NCBI RefSeq assembly: GCF_006345805.1
Contig: NC_043006.1
Coordinates: 98,022,001-98,086,000, forward strand
Direction of reading: 5' to 3'
From: Octopus sinensis
Lineage: Eukaryota
DNA length: 64,000 bases
The notes below the pieces were generated by a model. That model had not been told where the DNA came from, did not search any database, and saw nothing but the letters and a program-made list of their open reading frames with translations. Within the stretch, counting starts at the first letter, position 1, and the number at the start of each line of letters is the position of its first letter. Shown here one piece after another: positions 1-13,756 of the stretch. A program made the position numbers and the translations under genes.

Positions 1-866
1 CCATGGTTTTCCACCCACAGAGATGATCAATCAATATCTCCCCACGAAGACATGTTTCTCTATTTACACATTACAGCTTTGACCGACACCTCCACCGTTC
101 ATAAAATGTGTATACCTTAGCATATACATCACTATATACGTACGTGTTATACTTTTGTCTATGCGCTGTTTATTGCACGAAGAGCATAATTCTCACAAAG
201 TTTATTAATAATTTCGTTTTATGAGGTAAATACACAATTTAATTAGCCGGAGAACTAATATGCCGAAAGAAAGTTAATCACTAGCGTAAGTATATTATAT
301 CTCGTCAATTTCAACATCATCACCACACATTCCGAATATGACTTGAAGTTCAAATGAGTTTGTTTTGAAAATAATTCAAAATGAAAGTTTACTTACTACT
401 GAGAACCTAGACCACTCATCTAATAATACTGATTGGATTTCTTTTTACTAGAAACTATGAAAATGCCATTTGCGGAATTAGAAAATTGCATTTTATGACG
501 TCTACATTTCTTAAAGACTTTTCCAGTGTATAAAAAGTACGCTTCTGATAATGAATTGTTTTTAAATAATGAAAATTATTTCTTACCCATTTCTGTACCA
601 CAATTTCTAAAGCAAATTCTTTTGACAGATGACAGTAAATTTTAACAAGTCAAATAAACAAATAAATGAAATAACAAATGGGTAAACAAAGAAATAAATA
701 AAAAAAAAGATCCGTATGAGCCATTATCATGCAAAAGTAATATCAAAGGCATTAGAAATGCAAACGTCTGTTTTAATTCTAGAAATAATTATGTTAAGTC
801 TCGATTATGCAATGTACACATGATTTTAGGGACGTTACGCTTTTACTTCAGTGAGATTTAGCAACA

Positions 867-870
<4 letters not shown>

Positions 871-914
<44 letters not shown>

Positions 915-982
915 TAAAATAATAATAATAATAATAATATAATAATAATATAATAATAATATAATAATATAATAATAATAAA
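871..982. repeat. (TAA)n microsatellite
   Basis: Direct reading; a few interruptions. Confidence 0.95.
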
Positions 983-1537
983 TGCCCTGATGCAGTACCA
1001 GGCAGTGGATCTCATGGCTTCTGATCTTAACTGATTGGAAGTGTCATCATGTACATTGTTTTGTCTTGGTATAAAAGATGGGCTACAGCAAATATTCTGC
1101 TCAATACCACAGATTTGCTTGTCAGTTGTTTGACCTTAACCAGTTGAGCATGTCCCTTAGTGGCTGACGATATGTGCATCTCTGATCACGAGCAGAAGTA
1201 GTGGGGGAGCATCATAGCCATGTGTTGAGAGGGATTCTTTGGGGTTTGAATAATTCATCTCTGGAAACATGGGTGTTTTGTTCAACATCCTTAAACAACC
1301 CTTATTCAGGGATCTTTTGAGCGGGATGGGCTACTCAACCTGAAGAAATTTCTAACTGGGCCCCACCTGCAAGGTCATGTGCTGTTTATCTTGATATGAG
1401 ATCACCATGTCGCGCACATATGGTTGTGATGCATGTGCCTGGTGTACCTTTATCAGACGGGTAGTCATGATGGGTATATTGGGCTTCGTATATTTTACCC
1501 CAGTGTCACTTTGATGGCATACACTGCTCTCTCACTC

Positions 1538-1538
<1 letters not shown>
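983..1538. mobile_element. Unclassified ~555-bp interspersed repeat, copy 1, flanked by (AAT)n on both sides
   Basis: Aligns end to end with 12731-13282 (tgccctgatgcagtaccaggcagt ... gtgtcactttgatggcat). No convincing ORF and no tRNA head. Confidence 0.8.
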
Positions 1539-1596
<58 letters not shown>

Positions 1597-1613
1597 GAAG
1601 AATAATAATAATA

Positions 1614-1682
<69 letters not shown>

Positions 1683-1702
1683 GAAGAAGAAGAAGAAGAA
1701 GA
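1538..1702. repeat. (AAT)n then (AGA)n microsatellite
   Basis: Direct reading; it runs into the RT sequence at 1703. Confidence 0.95.
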
Positions 1703-3395
1703 AGAGGAATATTCCAGGGAGACACGCTCTCTCCACTCCTTTTCTGCTTGGCACTGTCACCTCTATCTGATATGTTAAATAGAACTGGATGCGGATATAA
1801 ATGTTACGGCAAAACGATCAGCCACCTTTTATATATGGATGACCTAAAAATATACGCTGCAAATGACAAACAGCTGGAAACACTATTAAAGACAGTTCAT
1901 GGATTTACCAAAGAAATAGATATGAAATTTGGATTAGAAAAATGCGCCAAAGTAGCCCTGAAAAGAGGAAAACTAGTTAAGAGTAGCTACATCGCACTAG
2001 ATAAAACCAATGAAATAAAAGAATTAGACCAAAGCCAAACTTACAAATACTTAGGAATCCATGAACTAGATAAGACACAACACACACAAATGAAGGAGAC
2101 AATAAAAAAAGAATATTATAGACGAGTTACATCAATACTAAAAACAGAGCTCAATGCTAAAAACAAGATAATAGGTATTAACACTTTAGCCGTCCCAGTT
2201 ATAAGTTACAACTACAATATCCTTAACTGGACACTAAATGAACTGACCAAAATAGATAGGAAAACAAGAAAAATAATGACAGGATCCTGGATGCATCACC
2301 CAAAATCTGACATAGAAAGACTATATATACAACGTATAGAAGGTAGTAGAGGCCTTATACAGCTGGAAAACTACTATAAAATAACCACCATAGGACTGCA
2401 AAAATATCTACTTCAGAAGGAAGGAAAACTGATACAAATAGCGGCAAAACACGAGCAAAACAAAAAACTGTTCTCAGTATTTAAGGAAGCTGACAAATAC
2501 AAACAAGAAATCATACCACCTAATAAATATGAAGAAGAAGAAGATGAAGAAGAAGAAGATGAAGAAACAGCAAAAGCTATAAAACAAATGAAATCCAAAC
2601 TAAAACTAGAACAGCAAAGAACCATGATAAAACGATGGCAAGAAAAGCCCCTTCATGGTAAATACTGGACTAAACTAAATGCAAAAGAAATAGACAAAGA
2701 AAAATCCCAGCAATGGTTGAGAAGCTCAGGACTCAAAGCAGAGACAGAGGGATTTTTAATTGCAGCACAAGACCAAAGCCTCCCCACCAGAAATTACCAA
2801 AAACATGTAATGAAAAGAAATATTACAAGTAACTGCAGAATATGTGGAGATGGACAAGAAACAATAAATCATATTATCTCTAGCTGCCCAGTCCTGGCTA
2901 AGAAGGAATATATTCACAGACATGACAGAGTTGGAACCTACAGACACTGGAATCTATGCCAACATTATGGAACAACAACAGAAAAAAGTTGGTATAGGCA
3001 CACACCAGAAAAAGTCACAGAAAACGAGAAAGCAACCATACTCTGGGATATGCCGATACACACAGATAGAGAAATTAAGGCCAACAGACCAGATATAGTT
3101 GTCAGAGATCATGAAGAAAAAAACGCTTTCTAATTGATGTATCAATACCGGCAGATGACAACGTGTCTCTAAAAGAAATGGATAAACTTTCAAAATACAA
3201 AGACCTGGAAATAGAGGTAACCAGAATCTAAAAACAGAAACAATTCCTATCATAGTAGGTGCATTAGGCATGATAAAAAAATATTCAGACAAATACATAA
3301 CAAAAACACCAGGACTTACAAACACATATAACATACAGAAAATTACACTACTAGGCACTGAACACATCCTACGTAGAACACTTTCCATACAATAA
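1703..3395 (+). pseudogene. RT / zinc finger / RLE polyprotein C-terminal half
   Basis: Open from 1703 to 3133. A frameshift in an A-run near 3117-3124 and a small deletion near 3228 follow. C-terminus LLGTEHILRRTLSIQ* ends at 3395. Confidence 0.85.
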
Positions 3396-3492
3396 CCATC
3401 AGAGAATCACAACAAATCACAGCACACACCCAAGGCACACAGAGCTGCGCTCGGTAGTGAAGTGAAAGCACGCTATAAAAATAAAACTACTG
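1703..3492 (+). mobile_element. 5'-truncated R4/Dong-clade non-LTR retrotransposon with 3' UTR ending actactg-(AAT)n
   Basis: RT motifs RGIFQGDTLSPLLF and YMDDLKIY; CCHC finger CRICG...ETINHIISSC; restriction-like endonuclease RPDIVV..IDVSIP..KE..K..KY. The same 3' terminus occurs at 7657. Confidence 0.9.
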
Positions 3493-3522
3493 AATAATAA
3501 TAATAATAAAAATAATATTAAT

Positions 3523-3600
3523 AACGCCATTTGGTCTAAATGGCGGTGCCCCAGCATGGCCAAACCTCATGAGCTGAAACTAGAATCAATCAATCAATCA
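3523..3600 (+). mobile_element. SINE 3' tail fragment related to family A, with (AATC)n tail
   Basis: ggcggtgccccagcatggcc matches the family A tail ggcggtgctccagcatggcc. Confidence 0.6.
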
Positions 3601-3605
3601 AACGA

Positions 3606-3670
<65 letters not shown>

Positions 3671-4727
3671 ATAATAATAATAATAATAATAATAATATTA
3701 ATAACCTATATTATGATGGAGAAAGCTGCTTCTTAATCAGGTATGTAACACTTGCTAAAAGAAAACTATTATTAAAGTCTTGACCATCTGGATATTTGTT
3801 TTTAAATTCATGTTCCAAGAAATTTCCTATAATTTCGATTTCTGAATGTTCTTGAATATTTGAGCAATAAGTTTTTCATAAATTTAAATATTCATTGCTT
3901 TCAATGCGGAGTAGATTTTAATGTTGAAAAACAATATGAAATTCTTTGCTGGCGAAATTTTCCATTTGCATATGCAATAGCCTCACACTCTCTCTTGCCT
4001 CTGTTGTCATTAATTTAATATATATTTATTTCAATGTTTTCATTTCAAGTTTCAAGTCGTTATTTGCAAATCCCAGTTTTTAACTAATGTAAAAAAAAAA
4101 TACTTATTGAATGAATCGATGATATGAGAGAAAATAGCTGGATAACTTGGAGGCTTCTGATACGAGACACAATTTCAAGAATAATATCAGTTTTCAAAAT
4201 TTGTTAAATGCATATTTTTGGTAAAATGAAATTCTGTTAATATACCAGTATTATTTAAAAAAAATTAAGAAGTGGTTTTGCTGGTATGGATATATGCCTC
4301 ACCATAATAACTATATGATCACTGCTATTTCTAGCACGCTAAATGTAGTTGAGGTAGCTTGAACACGGCTTAAATTAGAGAAATATTACAACTATGATAA
4401 ATTACTGAAAGAAATATTTACTTTCAAGTAAGATTTTGTATAAACTGAAGTTTCCAGGAAAATTTACCTTCTGAACCTCCTTTTATTATCGAATATTTCA
4501 AGTTTACAAATGCAAATATTTGGTACAAGATAGTTTTTAACAAGCTTTATACAATCTTTCCATTTCATACTTATTTCATTCGTTGTTTCTAATGTTCTCT
4601 TTTCTCACACGCACACGCTGTGTCTCTAATATAAACACATGCAATGTCTCTGTTATATAAACATACTCACACTGCAGGTTTGATTTCGTTATTACACAAA
4701 TCTTACATTAGAATTTTGCAATTGAAC

Positions 4728-6018
4728 ATGGGGCGTCCAAAACACCATGCAACTGAAAACGAAAATTTAGCAGCAAAGGCACGACGGCAGAGAGAAAGAC
4801 GGGAATGAGATGAAACCAGGGCAAAGCGACTGAAATAAATGTCTGAATATGCACGTAACGTAGAGATGATTCTGCTTCCGCTACACATAACCGATTGGTT
4901 CGAGGGAATATTCTACTTCAAAATAAGAAATTGAGTCAGCTTTCACCGTCTGTGACTGTTCAGCTGCCTATTGACAATTACTACAAATGGGAAGCCTTCC
5001 AATCATCAGAGAGGTACAAAGAGAAACACCAGTGCCAAGAAAGCGGGTGCTGCGAGACGAAACTTGATATTTACAGGAGTACAGACGAAAACATTTCCAA
5101 ACTAGGAAGAATTCAATTAAAGGATAAGCAACGAAAGCCAGTTTCGATAGTTTCAAGAACAGGCTGTCGTGTCTATTGTACAACCAAATAATGCAGGCAG
5201 TCTCTTTGACAATGTTCATACTGCAAAGCTTACAGTATGCTGAATTGAAATCTCTGTGTAGTTTTGAAGGGAAGGTAAAACTTGACAAACTGCCCCCGCC
5301 ACCAAATATGCATAGATACTTCTATGTTACACAAACAGGAAACAATTTCCTGCAAAATATACGTTCCTTTAACAATGCATTGACATTTACTTCTCTGGGT
5401 TACAGAGAAATCAGAGCCCCAGGATTTAGTCCTACATTTAAGGTGCAGGGAAGAGTTCATCACATAACTGGATCGTTAATTCCCAATGACAAAAATCCAA
5501 AATTTGCTCAAATCTACTTCTATTATAGAGATAAGGAACTTGGCAATCGTCTGCGACATAGACATTCAAGCAGTGAGATGAGGCTGAGGTTCCGTCTTTT
5601 CCTTATGCTGGATCAGCATTGCTAATCCCAAGAATACGACATGTATCACAAGAAATGGAATTTCCATTCACATTTATATGCAAACCATTTCCTGTCTAGC
5701 CAGCTTTTGCCTTAACGTGTAACCAGACATACGGACAGACTTATGAACAAATTGGAATATATCATCCGACACAATTCTTCTCACGTGGTCAGCTGTATGA
5801 GGCATTATTTAGAGTTCGAAAAAAGCTAATGTAAAAAATATTGGCTGAGAGAAATAGGAACAGTATGATTACTGACAATTGTGTCTACAAGGATATACTA
5901 CTTTAAAGCAGAATATGCTTTTTGGAATAAATACATGAATAATATATAAAGTTACATGTATTTGTGAAGAATTAAATTGTTTTGGCATATTTCAACACAT
6001 GCCGGATGAATGATATAG
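4728..6018 (+). mobile_element. Internally deleted Helitron (RepHel N-terminus joined to Pif1-helicase C-terminus), degenerate
   Basis: ATG at 4728 (MGRPK..). N-terminal RepHel motifs GKVKLDKLPPPP, FLQNIRSFNNALTFTSLG, FKVQGRVHHITGSLIP, PKFAQIYFY. From 5625, IPRI...FPV*PAFALTCNQTYGQT...GQLYEALFRV...TDNCVYKDILL* matches helicase motif VI and the C-terminus. The 3' end near gccgg...atag is tentative. Confidence 0.8.
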
Positions 6019-6295
6019 TTATATTAGATAATTTTAAATTTTGGGTACATTTGTAAAAGTAAGGAAACGCCAATCCTACGCGTCTCACAGCACCACACTT
6101 TTGTGTGCGTGTGTCTCTCTCTGTCTCTCTCTCACTGTCTCTGTCTGTCTGTCTGTCTGTCTCTCTCCCTATATATATATATATATAAAATTTAACAATA
6201 GGATGAAATCTTCATAAGAAATTATCAGGTAGTTAGCGTGAAAAACCTCATAAGAGAAAAAATCTGTAAATTTTTTTCAATTGAAAAAAATTATT

Positions 6296-6444
6296 TATAT
6301 TATATAGAGGGAATTATTACACATAAATGCCGCACGCTAGGAGGCACTTTTAAAATCAAAACTACTTTATTTTGGTAGTTTTGACTTTAAAAGTCCCTCC
6401 TAGCGTGCGGCATTTATGTGTAATAATGCCCTCTATATAATATA
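6296..6444. repeat. Near-perfect palindrome (70-bp arms, 3 mismatches, 9-nt loop), MITE-like, beside (TA)n
   Basis: Arms 6296-6365 and 6375-6444 compared base by base. Confidence 0.9.
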
Positions 6445-6446
6445 TG

Positions 6447-6493
<47 letters not shown>

Positions 6494-7351
6494 CTATGTA
6501 AGTTCTACCAATTACTAAGGATAAATATATATATAAGAGATTGACTCAGCTACATAGCTACATATAAATTCCTGTGATCTACGTTTCTTAAGTTAGTGAC
6601 ACCCTTCATAATAGTCATATTAAAGGTGTGACTCTCTACAAATTTTTTTATAAATTCCTCTGTTAATATATATTGACAAAAACACAGTTTCGAAGCGTTT
6701 ATCACAAATTTAGATATTCGTTGCGAAGTATTACTTTCATTGTAGAGCATATTTTAACATTTGATAAACAATATTAATACGTTCTGACGAAATCTTTCGA
6801 TTTCATTTGCAACAGTCTCTCCCTCTCACTCTCCCGCGTCTAATTGTTTTCATTAATAATTATTTATTTAATATATATTCATTGCAATTTTTTCATTCCA
6901 AATTTTATTTCGGTATGTCAGATGAGGAAATCAGGTATTTTGTTGACATGAATTCGTTGTGTAGTTTATTGTTTATACAAACTGTAAAAACGTTATATTC
7001 GACAAGTTATTAAAACTTACTGAGGGCTTCGACCTCATGTGACTTATTTCTTTACTGTCGTTATCTAAGAATTATCAAGTGAATTCTTTACTATAGCTAT
7101 TTGAAACGCTGTCGATATAAAAATAGCTCTATGTGATCTATTTTTTTTGCACACTAATTTTAGTTGAACTACCTTGATATTTGTTTAAAACAGTGAGATT
7201 ATGACTGTGATAAAATAATGAAAGCAATATTTACTAAGCAAGTGGGGAATATTATACTGAGAAATAATTAAACGTAAAATATCAAAAACAAATTACTAGA
7301 ACTGGGAATCAAATGCGGATGTATTATTCAGTGGCTCGCAGAAAACCGCCC

Positions 7352-7657
7352 GGAGATAAAAAAATGATGACAAAATACAAAGATTTGGAAATAGAGGTAA
7401 TCCGAATGTGGCGCCTAAAAATAAAAACGATTCTTGTAATAGTAAGGTATAATAAAAAAAAATATTCAGTCAAATACTTAACCAAAATACCAGAACTTAC
7501 AAGTGCATGCAACATATGGAAAATTGCACTACTATGCACTGCACGCATCCAAGGCAAAGCACATTCAATACAGAGAAAATAAGAGCACCGCTACAAACCA
7601 CAGCGTATAGCCAAGACGCACAGAGCAGTGAACGCACGTGAAAAAATTAGACTACTG
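7352..7657 (+). mobile_element. R4/Dong 3' end fragment, same family as 1703-3492, followed by (AAT)n/(GAT)n
   Basis: KYKDLEIEVIRMW...IALLCTARI; 3' end actactg-(AAT)n. Confidence 0.8.
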
Positions 7658-7730
7658 AATAATAATAATAATAATAATAATGATAATAATAATAATGATG
7701 ATGATAATGATAATAATAATAATGATAATA

Positions 7731-7794
<64 letters not shown>

Positions 7795-8579
7795 GATGAT
7801 GATGATAATATAATAATAATAATAATGATGATGATGATAATAATAATAATAAATGTATATGTATATATGTGAATATATATATATATATACATATATATAA
7901 ATCTACATATAAATATGAATATATATATATTTATATATATATGAGTTACATATACACACACACATTTATATTTATAGGCATATTGTTATATATATATATG
8001 CATATATATGGGGAGAGAGAGAGGGGGAAGATAGATAGATAAATAGATAGACAGTTAGATAAATATGAAAACAAAAATTAGATGAGAAATTATGGTTAAA
8101 TTACAATATCCTCTGCACGCCAAATGCTATTTAGGAAAAGTAAAGCGAACGTTTATTTATGGTGACGGCAATAATGATTTTGGCTTGAGCTAAACATATT
8201 TTCTTTTTATCACTGGACTCATTTTGATAGGGCCATATAAATTCTCGTTTAGATTTCTTTCTTTTACCGTTGTTTCATTATTAATGATCATAAATCATCA
8301 CTGAATTCAGTCACTTTGTAATGAAGATATAAATAAATTATAACTTTGAATTTAGTAAATATAGCAATAGAAAATGGACGTTACGAATAAAGATCACACA
8401 GTAACAAACACGCACACACTGATACATATACATATACATACATAATACATACATATATACACGCATACATGCACAAGCACAAGCATATATATTTATACAT
8501 AGATAGAAACGTATACATACATATATACATACATATACAGTATATGTATATATATATATATATATATACATATATACAT

Positions 8580-8619
<40 letters not shown>

Positions 8620-8679
8620 ATGCATACATACAAACATCCATACGTAGATAGGTAGGTATTTATATATATATATATTTTC

Positions 8680-8895
8680 TATTATCCTTGCCTTTGCACA
8701 GCTTCTAACGCTGGAGATGTACTACGGTGTCGGTTGGTCCCTAGCAGTGAACTAACGTAACACTCCTAATTGTTCGAGCACCTTCCGCAGTATCCCAGCG
8801 GTTCCAAGCAGTGCTGTTTTCTGCAAGGGCTCCTCCCATATTGCAACACCTATTTGTTCCATATATTTCTCGAGATTTTTGCTCGCTCTTAACCA
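8680..8895 (-). mobile_element. R4-clade 3' end fragment (different lineage)
   Basis: Minus-strand translation NLEKYMEQIGVAIWEEPLQKTALLGTAGILRKVLE. Confidence 0.7.
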
Positions 8896-9430
8896 ATTAT
8901 TGTTACTACTGCTACCTTTTTCATTGACCACGACTACTTAACTTCCCATGCTAACCTGTCATGTCTCTCGAATTTTCTTTCTTTCTTTCTTTCTTCTTCT
9001 GCTTCTTATTATTGTTACCATACTCATAAGTGAAATCTTAAGTAGATTTTAAGCATATCGCTGAGGAACTATTTCTAGAATACGCTCACATACAGGGACA
9101 ATACATAATCTTACACATGCGCAGACATATATGTATGTTATTGTCAGAGTGTATGTATGTGTGTGTGTACAGAAGAAGAATGCGACAGACAGATAAACGG
9201 GAAGAGATATATTTGTGTTTATTTGTACATATTAACGCGCAAACACACACTCCTATGTATAGACGCATACTGTGCACAAGCACAAACAATCAGGTGAGTT
9301 ATGTAACTTTTGCTTCCAGCACATTACATATATGCTTTATATATATATATATAATGGTCTTTTGTTCTTTCTCTTTATATATATATAATATATATATATA
9401 TATACATTATGCTCTTTTGTTCTTTCTCTT

Positions 9431-9541
<111 letters not shown>

Positions 9542-10838
9542 GTTTCAGTTGAATTAGATACTTAAATTGAAGCACCTTGCTAGTTCGGCATAATCCGCAC
9601 ACTCAAACAATCTTAATTGAAGATTGGATATCAAGACTCCTTGCAGGTGTGTTATTCCTGCTGTGTATGCAGACAACGCAACCCAGCTAAGTGGAGATAT
9701 CCGCTCTTGGTAACTGAGTCATGTACTTTTATAAAAGTACTTTCTATAGTATTTCCAAAGTGCAGATTCCAATTTAGGGGAACAGAATATAAGTGAGTAA
9801 TAAAGATGTGCAGTTGTTAATTCATGACGGCTGTTTGATGCGGCTCATTTAATTGCTTAAAGAAAACATTTCACCAGTTTGAAAGTAATCGTTCTCGTCT
9901 CATATCCGCAGAGACTTTAAACATAAGAATATAACCATTTTAAACATATTTACATCAGTGATGAAACTTACAATATTATTTACATTGTTATATCCGTGGC
10001 AGAATGAATTGAATAGAAAATAATGCATACCACGTCGAGCTTACTATAATTTAGAGAGCAGCAGAGGAAATTGTGGGTGTCAAGAATAATAAGGAATTTT
10101 GACCTAGTTACTTATATTTAGAAGACTTTTATTCTTCAACCGTTTAGAATTAAATCCATTGAGTGTTGTCAACTATATTCTAGTTAATGGTGATAAATCA
10201 ATTAATGTCTGACACTCTGCTACACTCTCAATGTGCTGGAGCCATACAACTAGAATTATCTACAAAAACATAGTTATAAGTACAGAATGCCTTACAGGGT
10301 AGGGATGATAAATGGAAGAAAGAATGAATGTGGTGGCCAATACTTATTTGGATTATCAAATTAAAGGGGATTATAATGAAAAACCAAAACAGATATATAA
10401 TATAAGCTTCAAGGGTGGGAATTATAGTTGAAGGATATTTGGGGGGAGAAAATTATAACTTAGGAAATTTATTGAGAAAAATAAAGAATAAGGATAGAGA
10501 GGGATTTAAAACCTAATAATGGGATGCTTTAATATATAAGGAAAACTATTAAGTTTTTTTTATAAGCAATGAGTTTAGAAGATCATGATAAAATCTTAAC
10601 CAATTTATTCTGCTAAAGATATGACAAGAGAAACGATGTAGATATTTTGAGCTCCATTATTGTTGTAAATATGCTTTTAGAATGGTTACAGCCTTATACT
10701 TAAAATCTATGTGGTCATCTGATGAGAACTGTTTCTTTCAAATTGATGTAATGCTTACATTAATCAATTACAAGCGCCACTTGAACGGCCGTGACGAATT
10801 AACACCTGTACATCTTTGATACTCATTATATATATATA

Positions 10839-11211
10839 CAGCAGTATCGCCCGGCGTTGCTCAGGTTTGTAAGGGAAAAACTTAAAGCATTTTTAGAGAG
10901 TATAGCCAAAAAATAGCAAAAAATAGAAAAAAAATGATGGTAAATTTTTTTTGATTAGTAAAAAAAGTTGAGTTGCGTCCCCTAGACATTCTGTGGTTTA
11001 TTTTTTGATTCTCGACCCCATGTCGAATTTATCGATTTTTTTCAGAACTGGGGGACTTTTCAAAATTTTCGCTGCGTTAGTTTTGAATTATGACATTGGG
11101 CTATGTGTGTGTCAAGTTTCATCAGAATCGGTGAAAGCCGTGGTCAGAGTGAGGGTACGAGAAAACGACCCAACAGAAACACGCACAGACCAAAATGCCG
11201 TTATATAGAGA
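10839..11211 (-). mobile_element. Non-autonomous Helitron-like element (~370 bp)
   Basis: Minus strand starts TCTCTATATAA and contains caccgattctgatgaaactt. It ends gcaacgccgggcgatactgctg (GC hairpin plus degenerate CTAG) and lies in (TA)n. Confidence 0.6.
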
Positions 11212-11237
11212 TATATATATATATATATATATACTAG

Positions 11238-11269
<32 letters not shown>

Positions 11270-11357
11270 ATATATATACATATATATAACTATATATATA
11301 TCTATTATATATAAACAGTTAACCGGCTTACATACATACATGCATGCATGCATATTA

Positions 11358-11475
11358 TTTTATTCTTTTCATTACTTCAGTTACTTGATTGTGGCCATGC
11401 TGGAGCACCGGTTTAAAGGGTTTTAGTTGAAGAAATCGACCCCAGTACTTATTCTTGTAAGCCTTGTACTTATTC
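11358..11475 (-). mobile_element. SINE family A 3' fragment
   Basis: gtggccatgctggagcacc...aatcgacccc...tacttattct matches the reverse of the family A tail. Confidence 0.7.
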
Positions 11476-11499
11476 TACCAGCCTCATTTGCCCATATGC

Positions 11500-12620
11500 G
11501 GTAATTGAAGAACTGAAGAGCTCATGCATGCAAAAGAAATGCAAAACTAACTAGGTTTGAAAAACGGATTAAGCAATATCAGCCAAACAAATCTGTTTAG
11601 AACCAACCAAAAAAGGTTTTATCAACACATTAATGATGATTAAAAACCTGAAAAATTTGTCCCTGAGGGTGATGAAAGTCGACTCTCCTGGGGTACGATA
11701 TGGAGCAAGCAAGAACTACATAATACTGAGGCCTGAAGTAGACAGCTTCTTATCCCCACCAAGAGTCTATCCACTTCGCAGAAGGCTGATGTTGGTGCTG
11801 CGCTCGAAATCGACTGGATAGAATGAAATTCAAGCAATTAATACGTGGTATACAGCATCACTTCGTTATGGAGAGGGAATTATAAAACTGCAAAACAGAG
11901 AAATGAAGAAAATGGTTCCCAAGACCAGAATAATGTTGAAAGTACATGGAGTACATGGAGTCATCTATTAGAGTGATACCGATAGGCTATACTTGTGCAG
12001 AAGTAAGAGTAGAAGAGGTTCAACCAGGTGACTTGAATGTATCGAAGCAACGGAAAATACTCTAGTGTGGTATATAAAAATACTGTGGAGCTACTGTTGA
12101 AAGACACGAAGAAGGCCAGCCTCATCAAAACTGAAAATTATTTAACTAAAGAACAATTTAAACTAGAAATGAATAAAAAAGGGAAAAAAGAAAAGCATAG
12201 AGAGAAAAGAAAACGTACGGTCAGTTTGTAAGAAATGTGAATGCGAAGACAAATAGAGAGGACTATGGATGAGTAGGAGTAACCTGAAGATAGAGACAGA
12301 AGCACCCATACGGGCAGCTCAAGAGCAAGTGTTACGGACCAACTATATGAAGTGCAGAATAGACAACACTACTGATAACGACAAATGCAGAATGTGTGGC
12401 GTGCAGGGTGAAATGGTATGGCACATCGTTTGTGAATGCCAGAAATTGGCACAACGCGAATTCAAAAGACGCCACGACAATGTGGTAAGAATGATCCATT
12501 GGGAGCTCTGTGGAAACCACGGCCTACAAATAGCAAAGACGTAGTATGGGGAAACAGAAGGCGTGACCTTCAAGAGTTCTTGAAACAGTGTCACCTGTGG
12601 ACAACTGACAATTTCCATCA
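11500..12620 (+). mobile_element. Degenerate R4-clade element lacking the RT core
   Basis: Pre-RT KLTRFEKRIKQYQ / NLFRTNQKRFYQ, then post-RT NEIQAINTWY..LRYGEGII, and ETEAPIRAAQEQVLRTNY..DKCRMCG....VWHIVCEC (CCHC). Confidence 0.8.
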
Positions 12621-12650
12621 CACCAACCAACTAAAAATGTGAGTTTTCAT

Positions 12651-12688
<38 letters not shown>

Positions 12689-12730
12689 AATAATAATAAT
12701 AATAATAATGATAATTATTATTATTATAAA

Positions 12731-13282
12731 TGTCCTGATGCAGTACCAGGCAGTCGCTCTCGTGGATGTTGGTCTTAAGTGACAAGAAGTGTTATCATGT
12801 ACATAGGTTTGTCTTGGTACAAAGGATGGGCTACAGCGAATATTCTGCTCAGTAGTAGAGATTTGGTCGTCAGCTGTTTGATCTTAACCAGTTGAGTATT
12901 CCCCTAATGGCTGACGATATGTGTATCTCTGATGACGAGCAGAAGTAGTGGGGGAGCAGCATCATCATTATGTATTGAGAGAAATTATTTGGGGTTTTGA
13001 ATAATTCACCTCTGGAAATATAGGTGTTTTATTCAGCATTCTTAAACAAACCTTATTCACGGATCTTTTGAGTGGGATGGACTACTCAACCACAAGAAAC
13101 TACTAACTGAACCCCACCTGCACGATCATGCACTCTTTATCTTGATAAAACATCACCATGTCGCGCACATACGGTTGTGACGCACGTGCTGGTGTACCCT
13201 TATCAAACAACGTGTAGTCTTGATAGGAATATTGGGCTTCGTATCCTAGTGTCATTTTGATGGCATGATTTCTGTATCACTT
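12731..13282. mobile_element. Unclassified ~555-bp interspersed repeat, copy 2
   Basis: Colinear with 983-1538, same ends, flanked by ATT/AAT repeats. Confidence 0.8.
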
Positions 13283-13327
13283 AATAATAATAATTATTAT
13301 TATAGTGATGATAACAACAACAACAAA

Positions 13328-13463
13328 CCTTTCTGCTACTAGCACAAGGCCTGACATTTTTGTGGGAGAGGACTATTCGATTTCATCGACCCCAGTGTTT
13401 CACTGGCACTCAATATATGAACCCTGAAAGTAGAACGGCAAAGTCGAGCTCGGCGGAATTTGA
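13328..13463 (-). mobile_element. SINE family B fragment
   Basis: catcgaccccag...ggcaaagtcgagctcggcggaatttgaa is the reverse of the family B body and B box. Confidence 0.7.
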
Positions 13464-13756
13464 AAGATGTGAAGTTTTGAGATGAGATAACCATCATCAT
13501 CATCATGATCCTCATCATTACAATGTTGATTAAACCCTTTATGAGGCACATCTGACTAGTATTGAGGTCATTACACGGAGGAAATACAAGCACACAACAT
13601 ATGGGTTTTGCTGTGAATAAAAATAATTCAACAAAATACAAATTTATAACAACGTATAAGACCCTTAAAGGTCACCTTGGATAATGCAACGAAGACACCG
13701 CAAAGACTTAATGATTCAACACTCATATCAAGCGTGCCTTGTCCTTACTCTCTATC

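Noticed and set aside
983-1538. Definite solo LTR with a TATA box at 1070-1077
   Set aside because: TG...CA and TATAAAAG are not conserved in copy 2, and a TSD cannot be judged inside a microsatellite. Kept only as an alternative.
1433-1702. First ~90 aa of the 566-aa ORF as a real N-terminus
   Set aside because: It is read through an unrelated repeat and (AAT)/(AGA) tracts. Homology starts at RGIFQGD (1703), so this is a chance in-frame fusion to a 5'-truncated element.
10719-10760. Second hammerhead (CTGATGA)
   Set aside because: No downstream GAAA or pairable stems; the same applies to the CTGATGA near 19552.
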